39,513 bases of DNA from a virus (IMGVR_UViG_3300032305_000573:1-39513); one strand, 5' to 3'; shown: positions 7,992 through 14,824, counted from the stretch's first letter. Notes: generated by a model not told the origin, from the sequence alone. Numbers and translations: made by a program.

Positions 7992-8731
7992 TGAAAACTA
8001 TTGTATGCATTTCTGATCTTCAAGTTCCGTATCATGATGTCGAAGCCACCAAGGCTGTCGCCAAATTCATTAAGGCATACCAGCCTGATACTGTCGTATC
8101 GTGTGGTGATGAGATGGATATGCAGACAATAAGCAAGTGGAGTAAGGGAACTGAGTTGGAATTTGAACGCTCTATCGGGCGTGACCGTGACTTAACTCGT
8201 CAGGTTCTATACGATTTAACTGTTGAGCACATGGTGCGAAGCAACCATACTGACCGCTTGTTTAACACGGTATCTATGCGTGCCCCTGGGTTACTAGGGC
8301 TACCTGAATTACAATTAGAAAACTTCTTAGGACTTAAAGAACTTGAGATAAAATATCATACCGATCCATATGAACTAGCACCAGGTTGGTTGCTCATGCA
8401 CGGTGATGAAGGCAATGTCCAGCCTACTGCTGGTGCTACTGCGCTAGGTTTAGCTAAGCGTTCAGGCATGAGCGTGGTATGTGGACACACACACAGAATG
8501 GGGCTGACACACCAGACACAGACATATCGTGGCGGTAAGCCTAAGACTGTGTGGGGTATGGAATTGGGTAACTTAATGGATTATCGCAACGCTAAGTATA
8601 TTAAGGCTGGCTTGTTTACATGGCAACAAGGCTTCGGTATCTTAAAGGTAGAAGGTAAGACTGTTATACCACAACTTGTTCCTATCATAAACAATTCGTT
8701 TACGGTAGACGGAAAGACTTGGAAGTGGTAA
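7991..8731 (+). CDS. Calcineurin-like metallophosphoesterase
   Basis: ISDLQ, GDEMD, SNH, HGD, GHTH motifs. Confidence 0.9.
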   Translation: MKTIVCISDLQVPYHDVEATKAVAKFIKAYQPDTVVSCGDEMDMQTISKWSKGTELEFERSIGRDRDLTRQVLYDLTVEHMVRSNHTDRLFNTVSMRAPGLLGLPELQLENFLGLKELEIKYHTDPYELAPGWLLMHGDEGNVQPTAGATALGLAKRSGMSVVCGHTHRMGLTHQTQTYRGGKPKTVWGMELGNLMDYRNAKYIKAGLFTWQQGFGILKVEGKTVIPQLVPIINNSFTVDGKTWKW

Positions 8732-9408
8732 CATTGGATTGGGTTCGCATTGAAAAGTGGGATTATATTGTTACCGCAGTAGCGTCAGAGTATCACCGTA
8801 AGTTTGAGATGGTTGAACTCGAAGATATAAAGCAGACACTATATGAATGGTTTACTACCCACCCCAATAAACTTAACGATTGGGAAAGTATCGGAGAGAA
8901 AGACGCAAAGAATTTAATCTATCGTTCGCTTCGCAATCAAGCATTAGATTATTGTCAGCGTTGGAAGGCCAAGAGTATAGGTTATGACTACTCTGATCTA
9001 TATTATTATGAAGCAGAAGTTGTAGAAGCACTGCTTCCTGCTGTGTTACGTAGTGAGTGGGGTGTTACGAATAAGCTTGACCTAGGTGGACTTCGTGGGC
9101 ATAGTGTGCCATCTGAAGGTGGTAACCTAGCAGTAATGATGATGGAAATAGACTCAGCATATTGGAAGTTGAGTAAAGAGGATAGAAAGATACTCTTCTT
9201 TCGTTATGCTGAGTCTATGGACTACAAAGAGATAGCAAATTATCTATCTCTAGGTAGCGATGATGCTGCCCGAATGAGAGGTAGTCGAGCAATCAAAAGA
9301 TTAATCACTAAGCTTGGCGGTTATAGACCGCACCGAGATCCAGACAATCCTAGTATCTCGGAAAAAGAAAATCAAACAGAAGAAGAATCGCAAGAAGAGA
9401 ATATATAA
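8719..9408 (+). CDS. Sigma-70-family-like transcription factor
   Basis: Region 2-like ELEDIKQ...LRNQALDY; region 4 HTH LSKEDRKILFFRYAESMDYKEIANYL. Start could be 8725 or 8734. Confidence 0.75.
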   Translation: MEVVTLDWVRIEKWDYIVTAVASEYHRKFEMVELEDIKQTLYEWFTTHPNKLNDWESIGEKDAKNLIYRSLRNQALDYCQRWKAKSIGYDYSDLYYYEAEVVEALLPAVLRSEWGVTNKLDLGGLRGHSVPSEGGNLAVMMMEIDSAYWKLSKEDRKILFFRYAESMDYKEIANYLSLGSDDAARMRGSRAIKRLITKLGGYRPHRDPDNPSISEKENQTEEESQEENI

Positions 9409-9417
9409 TACCAAAGT

Positions 9418-9467
9418 AAAGTGCCACTACCACTATGATAAACAGTGGGATAGGTGGCACTTTTTTT
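9418..9467. terminator. Bidirectional terminator between the convergent replication and early blocks
   Basis: AAAGTGCCAC...GTGGCACTTTTTTT hairpin. Confidence 0.85.
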
Positions 9468-9498
9468 GTTACCTTTAGTAGCAATCTTACAAGCCAAA

Positions 9499-9639
9499 TC
9501 AAATCTCTTCAGACACCTGTTCGTAATCTATATCTAAAGCAATTAGTTCCTCTACAATCTTTACAACTTCTTCATCGGTAATATCTGCCACAAAATCTTC
9601 GGGCATATCTTCCCAATCTTCGTCATATATAATATCCAT
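9499..9639 (-). CDS. 46-aa highly acidic protein (not in the ORF track)
   Basis: MDIIYDEDWEDMPEDFVADITDEEVVKIVEELIALDIDYEQVSEEI; GGGGGTGA SD-like sequence upstream. Confidence 0.65.
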   Translation of the reverse strand: MDIIYDEDWEDMPEDFVADITDEEVVKIVEELIALDIDYEQVSEEI

Positions 9640-9641
9640 AC

Positions 9642-9815
9642 TCACCCCCCTGTGGAATAGAAACCTGGACCATTGAATTTAATTCCAGGTGTGTTGTATA
9701 CACGATTCATTTGCTCACCGCACACGCAGATAACTTCTTCATCTCTATCATCTACATGACGGCTGATAACTTGTAGTGCTAGGCACTTGTTACATCTATA
9801 CTCATATGTCGGCAT
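9642..9815 (-). CDS. FmdB-family Zn-ribbon protein
   Basis: MPTYEYRCNKC...CVCG...FNGPGFYST; TAATG coupling fixes the start at 9815. Confidence 0.88.
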   Translation of the reverse strand: MPTYEYRCNKCLALQVISRHVDDRDEEVICVCGEQMNRVYNTPGIKFNGPGFYSTGG

Positions 9816-10039
9816 TAGAATGGGCCCTCTCCTAGTATACCTGAGTCGGTCACTCGGTGTTGTTCTCTTGCGGCAGCCAACCAATCTCTGCCTAGTTGGG
9901 TTATATCTATGTCACCCCAAGGGTCTTCTGTCGGGGATACGAAGTTATCCCAATCGTTATTGTTATCACGCATATAGGTATCTAAATTCTGTTTGCGAAC
10001 TACATCGTGTAAGAATTCAGTCACAATCTTCTCCTTCAT
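9815..10039 (-). CDS. Hypothetical protein
   Basis: 74 aa; stop coupled to the FmdB start. Confidence 0.55.
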   Translation of the reverse strand: MKEKIVTEFLHDVVRKQNLDTYMRDNNNDWDNFVSPTEDPWGDIDITQLGRDWLAAAREQHRVTDSGILGEGPF

Positions 10040-10250
10040 CTATGTCTATTGGTGTTGGTGCTGTTGCTAGAGTGCCACAATCTGCGCACTCCATGTCAAG
10101 GAAATACATTTCGATCTCACCTGTATCAGGTTCGAATAGAGTCTTTAAGTTCCATATGTTACACCCGCAAGGGCATACAGAGGTTGGCTTACCTCTGATA
10201 TCCATAGCCTTAGTGTAATCAGGTTTAAGTTCTGTAATATGTTTAGCCAT
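10017..10250 (-). CDS. Hypothetical Zn-binding protein
   Basis: CPCGC...CADCG; start MAKHITEL is coupled by TAATG. Confidence 0.7.
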   Translation of the reverse strand: MAKHITELKPDYTKAMDIRGKPTSVCPCGCNIWNLKTLFEPDTGEIEMYFLDMECADCGTLATAPTPIDIDEGEDCD

Positions 10251-10642
10251 TAGTGCCAGTTCTTCCTCTCGAAGTGTTGCCACGCATTACAAGGCGTGTC
10301 ATATCGGTAGTAAATATATGATAAGCCACGCTCTATCTGTAATGGTGGTGGTGTTTTAGGATCAAGCCCTAGTAATTGTGGAATACCACCAGCATTCTTA
10401 CCCATAACTTTTATTTTATTGTAAGCCTTGGGATTCCATGCTGATTCTTTACCCCACAATTTACTAAGGCATTGCCATTGTTTATCTTGCCATTTGTGTA
10501 GCATATCACGGGCATACGCCCTACTATCTGCTTCACTCCACAAATTCTGAACGCTTGCTTTTTTAGTTTGCGGTTCGCTTGTTGGAGTATCAAATAGAAC
10601 TAGTGATACCGACACAAATAGTAAGAATAGTAGTGCTCTCAT
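10250..10642 (-). CDS. Secreted or membrane-anchored lytic transglycosylase (SLT/lysozyme-like)
   Basis: Hydrophobic N-terminus; LWGKESAWNPKA (catalytic Glu), GIPQ, GLSYIYYRY. Confidence 0.8.
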   Translation of the reverse strand: MRALLFLLFVSVSLVLFDTPTSEPQTKKASVQNLWSEADSRAYARDMLHKWQDKQWQCLSKLWGKESAWNPKAYNKIKVMGKNAGGIPQLLGLDPKTPPPLQIERGLSYIYYRYDTPCNAWQHFERKNWH

Positions 10643-11025
10643 TTCAATCTCCCTGCTCTGATTAAGCCAGCGAATCTTACCTTATGGCGCTTATAGTCGC
10701 TAGCCCCAACGGCATTGGCACTAGCCAATCTCTCACCTGAGGTAAGCCCGCCCCATATGCCCCACTCTAAATTCTCAGGGCGCATACCTTCATCGAGACA
10801 AGCAGACTTCGACGGACACCTATCGCATATGCGTAGTGCTAGGCGTGAATCTTTTATAGACTTGTTTATGTCAGCCTTAGTTGCCCGACCTGAATTCTCG
10901 GTATCGGGATAGTCATTCCACCATAGGTCAGGATCGAACTCATTACTAGAGCATAACCCTTGTATGTTAATCGCTGGTATCTCCAGCCTAGGTTTCTTAT
11001 TAGGTTTACCTGCTCGTCTACCGAT
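10639..11025 (-). CDS. whiB: WhiB-family Fe-S transcription factor (about 128 aa; probable ATC start)
   Basis: Hand translation: GLC...DPDLWW...ICDRCPSKSACLDEG...WGIWGGLTSGER (four Cys plus GIWGG). No in-frame ATG/GTG/TTG precedes the domain. Confidence 0.92.
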   Translation of the reverse strand: MGRRAGKPNKKPRLEIPAINIQGLCSSNEFDPDLWWNDYPDTENSGRATKADINKSIKDSRLALRICDRCPSKSACLDEGMRPENLEWGIWGGLTSGERLASANAVGASDYKRHKVRFAGLIRAGRLK

Positions 11026-11027
11026 AG

Positions 11028-11183
11028 TTAATACCTCTCGTTCATAGAATCATACAGGTTATCAGGGTCGTCGGTGGTAGCACCACAATCATCTTCTTCG
11101 TGGCGTTCATCGCACCTATCACATCGGGGATAGATTCCCCTAGCAATATCATCTCCCATTACCCATTGTGGTTCATTGGACAT
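11028..11183 (-). CDS. 51-aa acidic protein with a CxxC...H...C motif
   Basis: MSNEPQWVMGDDIARGIYPRCDRCDERHEEDDCGATTDDPDNLYDSMNERY; AGAAAGGA RBS. Confidence 0.7.
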   Translation of the reverse strand: MSNEPQWVMGDDIARGIYPRCDRCDERHEEDDCGATTDDPDNLYDSMNERY

Positions 11184-11204
11184 CTTATATCCTTTCTATA
11201 AATT

Positions 11205-11236
11205 GTGAGCAGTTTAGTCGCGACTTGCTCAGGTCG
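11205..11236 (-). ncRNA. Compact H-type pseudoknot candidate in an intergenic leader
   Basis: CGAC-CUGAGCAA-GUCG-CGACUAAAC-UGCUCA; loop UGAGCA can pair with UGCUCA. Confidence 0.5.
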
Positions 11237-11242
11237 AGCCAG

Positions 11243-11506
11243 TTACGCTTGAAAGATTACTTCGGTGTAATCTTTAAGGCGTGAGTGTGTAGCAATTAAA
11301 CCCTTGCTACCAGTAAGGTGCTTGTAAGTTCCGTCGCCTAGTGATACCCACATAGACTTAGGCTTGAAGCGTAGTTGTATAGGTAGTGCCTTGACGATAG
11401 TTCCACGAGCGTGGAAGTCTGAAGAAGTATCATACGCGTTGTATGAAATTTCATCAGCGATAACTCGCAATTCTTCCGCGAGATTTAGTATTGTGCTGTT
11501 GGTCAT
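11243..11506 (-). CDS. Hypothetical protein
   Basis: 87 aa; AGAGAGG RBS. Confidence 0.7.
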   Translation of the reverse strand: MTNSTILNLAEELRVIADEISYNAYDTSSDFHARGTIVKALPIQLRFKPKSMWVSLGDGTYKHLTGSKGLIATHSRLKDYTEVIFQA

Positions 11507-11559
11507 TATTGCCTCTCTGTTATTGTTTAATCCGTAAGCAATTTACCTACGGAATTCTA

Positions 11560-12393
11560 TTAGTAGAAGTCCTCTAGACTTCTCACGCTACGCCAATTCC
11601 CCTTCGGGGTATAGCATAGGCAGTCCACTAACACCGACTCACAATCGAAGCAGGTGTCGCATAGTTCGCAAAAGTATTCGCTCTCATTGAGATCTATCAA
11701 GGCTTGGCAGAAGGGGCAGAAGTCTAAGGCTTCCGCAGTCTCATCTGTTACATCTAACACGGGGTAATCTTTATATTCTTTAGCCCAATACTCATTGTCA
11801 TAGAAGGTGATAGGTGGTGCGGTGTAAGCGACACGCTTGTGGGAACTGTTACTCCACCATACGCCGTCGCTATCCCAACTACCTAAGTTCTCGTTGATAA
11901 TATACATCTGACTACCCGCACTAGGGTCAAGGTTAAGCACCGCTATCTTGCTACCACTAGCCCACTTAGTAAGCATACTCCATATGGTATCATCATCTAG
12001 CGAAGCAACACCACCTATCTTCGGCAGTATATCTTCGGCTAGGATACGGCTATCGCTACGCTTATCACCTTTGGGTATTGCTACATCTAGCACACCATTG
12101 TGCGCTAAGTAAGTCAGATCACTATCACCTACCTTGAACGGGTGGCAATTCGCTTCGTTCTTTACTCCATGCGTGGCGTATCTTGCGTGCCACATGGCAT
12201 AGTCATTCGGATATTGCTCGCGCAATTCTAAGAAGCGTTTGATAGACTTCTTAGCCGACATGCTACGCTCTGATATAATCTTATCACCTGCTACAATGGC
12301 GAAGCCGTAGCCGTGTGGATTACTACAAGCACCTGCGTGTAGTTCTTCTTGTTTAGGTATGCCGTTAGGCTCACACACTACAAGTAGACACAT
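11560..12393 (-). CDS. Class II (Ntn) glutamine amidotransferase with Cys-rich C-terminus
   Basis: N-terminal Met-Cys, NPHGYG, HARYATHG, NCHPF, AHNG, SDS motifs. Confidence 0.92.
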   Translation of the reverse strand: MCLLVVCEPNGIPKQEELHAGACSNPHGYGFAIVAGDKIISERSMSAKKSIKRFLELREQYPNDYAMWHARYATHGVKNEANCHPFKVGDSDLTYLAHNGVLDVAIPKGDKRSDSRILAEDILPKIGGVASLDDDTIWSMLTKWASGSKIAVLNLDPSAGSQMYIINENLGSWDSDGVWWSNSSHKRVAYTAPPITFYDNEYWAKEYKDYPVLDVTDETAEALDFCPFCQALIDLNESEYFCELCDTCFDCESVLVDCLCYTPKGNWRSVRSLEDFY

Positions 12394-12407
12394 ACTCTCA
12401 CCCCCTC

Positions 12408-13682
12408 TTAGGCGTTTAGTTCTGCTGGTCGGTTAATATCCACGCCACTTATCTTATTAAGTCGCATGTATAGGTCGGGATATAGCCCGTTGTTCTGGGC
12501 TACATAGTCGGCGAACCACTCCCATGATAACGCACCTCGCTTGACATCATCTAAGCGAAGATCACGGGTGTATTCTACCATTGCTTGCGCTAAGTCTAGG
12601 GCAGATAGAACACCGCTTGTGTTCATAGTTCCCTTGAAGAAGCGCAACTCTAGTGTGTCGCGGTTATTAGTATTGACCGCCGTATATCTTTCCGTCTGCC
12701 CACCTAACGCTAACTTGTGCTTGAGTGAGAACACGGGCTTGTCATACTCATCGAAGGTATAGACATCGTTGAACCTAGCGTAACGGGACTTGCGACCCGC
12801 AAATTTCATCATCATCTCGGAGTTCCGATAGACTAGGGATAAGAAGCGGTGCGTGTGCGCCCCACTACTAAACCCTGCCCGTGAGATATGGATATGAAGC
12901 CCGCAGGTTTCAGTATCCCAACTTCTAGCACCATAGTCGGTGCGTAGTGTATCTATGGTATCCCATAGTATCTTACTATTCTCTCGGTATTCTAGGTGTG
13001 AGTGTGGTTCGGTTACTATCTCGAAGCCTTCACCACCTATGCTTCCGTCATGCTTGAGCATGGCGATACCTTGTAAGTTAGTCGAAGCATAATTAGAAGC
13101 CCCCGAATAAGAGCCGTTGATTACTGTCTCCAACTCGAAGCCTAGATATACACCCTGCTTAGACACACCCTTGAAAGTAACGGGTGGCTTACAATTGTAA
13201 TCGTGAACTACGCCACGACAACGACACGGGCGACCACTAACACCTTGCTGGCACTCACACGGATCTTCATCGTAGTAGTTCTCATTACAATCATCGCAGT
13301 AGTAGCAGTTTTCGGTATAACAATACTCGCATACTGTATCATCGCCAACGCTAGAGTAATCATTATGATTACTATAACTTGTCTGGCATTGGTCGCAGTA
13401 GAAGGTATTATACTCGTAGCAACTCTGACACCATTGTTCATCATCTACGCTATAAGTATCATCTCTATCTATACCGCTATCGCAACGCTGGCACTCGGTA
13501 GAACATTCTTCACACCATAGTTCGTCTCCGACACATCGAAGTCTATCGCTGGCGTGAACACCTCTACAATTACCGCAAGCACTAGCACAATCTTCGCAAT
13601 AAGCACTACCATTCATGATTAAGTTCATGTCGGCAGGATTACTACAATCGTGGCACTCTATCTCATCTTCATCATCTCCCAT
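12408..13682 (-). CDS. COOH-NH2 ligase (putative amidoligase) with N-terminal CxxC repeat array
   Basis: GFELE, KHDGS, GFEIVT, TCGLHIHIS, RYTAVN, TLELRFFKGT (glutamine synthetase/GCS fold). Confidence 0.9.
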   Translation of the reverse strand: MGDDEDEIECHDCSNPADMNLIMNGSAYCEDCASACGNCRGVHASDRLRCVGDELWCEECSTECQRCDSGIDRDDTYSVDDEQWCQSCYEYNTFYCDQCQTSYSNHNDYSSVGDDTVCEYCYTENCYYCDDCNENYYDEDPCECQQGVSGRPCRCRGVVHDYNCKPPVTFKGVSKQGVYLGFELETVINGSYSGASNYASTNLQGIAMLKHDGSIGGEGFEIVTEPHSHLEYRENSKILWDTIDTLRTDYGARSWDTETCGLHIHISRAGFSSGAHTHRFLSLVYRNSEMMMKFAGRKSRYARFNDVYTFDEYDKPVFSLKHKLALGGQTERYTAVNTNNRDTLELRFFKGTMNTSGVLSALDLAQAMVEYTRDLRLDDVKRGALSWEWFADYVAQNNGLYPDLYMRLNKISGVDINRPAELNA

Positions 13683-13710
13683 ATTTACACCCCCTCTCTT
13701 TCATAGTTGT

Positions 13711-13739
13711 AGTATAGCATATCTCTATGCCCTTGTCAA
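13711..13739 (-). promoter_or_regulatory. SigA-type promoter P6 (amidoligase operon)
   Basis: TTGACA-N17-TATACT with extended TG. Confidence 0.85.
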
Positions 13740-13910
13740 GTTCTGTCGGTTATCTATCACGGCGTTGGATAAGTGAGATCGAAACTCTTGTGCTTCTATC
13801 TCTAATACCTTGAAGCCGTTGCGCTTGTGCGTTTCCTCTTGTAGTCGTAGTGCTTGTCGCACTATCTCTACTTGTCGAGGTGTCAAGTCTAGCAGTAGGT
13901 TCTCACTCAT
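13725..13910 (-). CDS. Hypothetical protein
   Basis: 61 aa; TAATG coupling. Confidence 0.65.
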   Translation of the reverse strand: MSENLLLDLTPRQVEIVRQALRLQEETHKRNGFKVLEIEAQEFRSHLSNAVIDNRQNLTRA

Positions 13911-14038
13911 TAGCGACCACCTAACCGCCTAAGGCGTTGCTCTAATACATAGACTCTACGGAACGCTAAGATTAGCGTGGTGTTGCCTAGCACTAGGGCT
14001 ATCATTAAGGCGAACAAGTCGCCGTTAGATAATAGCAT
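13910..14038 (-). CDS. 42-aa single-TM protein (not in the ORF track)
   Basis: MLLSNGDLFALMIALVLGNTTLILAFRRVYVLEQRLRRLGGR; AGAGAGGA RBS directly after P5. Confidence 0.7.
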   Translation of the reverse strand: MLLSNGDLFALMIALVLGNTTLILAFRRVYVLEQRLRRLGGR

Positions 14039-14062
14039 GTCCTATCCTCTCTAACTTGCGTA

Positions 14063-14091
14063 AGTATAGCATACCTACGGCATGAAGTCAA
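14063..14091 (-). promoter_or_regulatory. SigA-type promoter P5
   Basis: TTGACT-N17-TATACT with extended TG. Confidence 0.8.
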
Positions 14092-14165
14092 GTTGCCTAG
14101 ACTTCAGCGTGTCGCGTGTCGGACTCGCACCGACCACTCTCGTGCCACTATGGGCGCGACTACTA

Positions 14166-14441
14166 CTACTTGTTGTGTATGTTGATATTGACTTGTGCTA
14201 CACCCTTGTCAGAGTTTAGATCAGACATAAGCCTATTCATCGCTTGTTCTGCTTGTTCATCACTTAGGGTCGGGAGTATCCTCTCACCCGCAGTAGCGAT
14301 AGCCTTGCGCTTACGGCGCATAGCCTTGCCGTGCGTAGTGTCGGTTAAACGCCACCCGCGAGAGCCTAGCCTAGTGCTAGTTCCTCTCACCTGTCTAGGT
14401 GGCATTACGATACTTCCACTCCCCCCGTAGGGAGAATACAT
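14166..14441 (-). CDS. Hypothetical basic early protein
   Basis: 91 aa; GAGAGGA RBS after P4. Confidence 0.65.
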   Translation of the reverse strand: MYSPYGGSGSIVMPPRQVRGTSTRLGSRGWRLTDTTHGKAMRRKRKAIATAGERILPTLSDEQAEQAMNRLMSDLNSDKGVAQVNINIHNK

Positions 14442-14471
14442 AATATATTCCTCTCTCTAGTTCTTACCCGT

Positions 14472-14500
14472 ATCTTACACTATGAATTCTATCTTGTCAA
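14472..14500 (-). promoter_or_regulatory. SigA-type promoter P4
   Basis: TTGACA-N17-TAAGAT. Confidence 0.75.
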
Positions 14501-14593
14501 GTTAGGCGAGAAGATTAGAGTCGTGTTACCATCGGCGTCCGACTGCTACTAATAACGAGTCGAGCCTAATCTTCTCTATTAACTTGTAACCGA

Positions 14594-14622
14594 AGGATAT
14601 CACACTCACTTGAACTTGTCAA
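14594..14622 (-). promoter_or_regulatory. SigA-type promoter P3
   Basis: TTGACA-N17-TATCCT with extended TG. Confidence 0.75.
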
Positions 14623-14682
14623 GTCGTAGATTCTACGGCGTGTCGCTCTTTCGGAATGAACTCCTATTTAATTGACTCCCGA

Positions 14683-14711
14683 AGGATACCACACGGGGAT
14701 AACCTTGTCAA
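14683..14711 (-). promoter_or_regulatory. SigA-type promoter P2
   Basis: TTGACA-N17-TATCCT with extended TG. Confidence 0.75.
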
Positions 14712-14721
14712 GTCGTGTCGG

Positions 14722-14737
14722 TGTGAGTTGCGTCACA
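14722..14737. promoter_or_regulatory. CRP/GlxR-type binding site
   Basis: TGTGA-GTTGCG-TCACA, a perfect consensus. Confidence 0.7.
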
Positions 14738-14754
14738 CTCTAACGGCGGGCGGG

Positions 14755-14783
14755 ATTATACCACGCTCACCCTATCTTGTCAA
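14755..14783 (-). promoter_or_regulatory. SigA-type promoter P1 (full consensus)
   Basis: TTGACA-N17-TATAAT with extended TG. Confidence 0.88.
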
Positions 14784-14793
14784 GAGATATCGG

Positions 14794-14809
14794 TGTGATT
14801 CAGATCATA
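14794..14809. promoter_or_regulatory. Second CRP/GlxR-type site
   Basis: TGTGA-TTCAGA-TCATA (one mismatch); same offset from its -35 as the first site. Confidence 0.6.
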
Positions 14810-14824
14810 CGAACACCTGTTCGA
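14810..14824. promoter_or_regulatory. LexA (SOS) box, Gram-positive/Actinobacteria type
   Basis: CGAAC-ACCT-GTTCGA. Confidence 0.7.

Noticed and set aside
9510-9523. CAGACACCTGTTCG, similar to the LexA box
   Set aside because: Left half-site is broken, it is inside a CDS, and no promoter is adjacent.
9499-9639. Acidic peptide as a Pup-like tag for the amidoligase
   Set aside because: Lacks the C-terminal GGE/GGQ of Pup; I saw no small ORF here ending that way.
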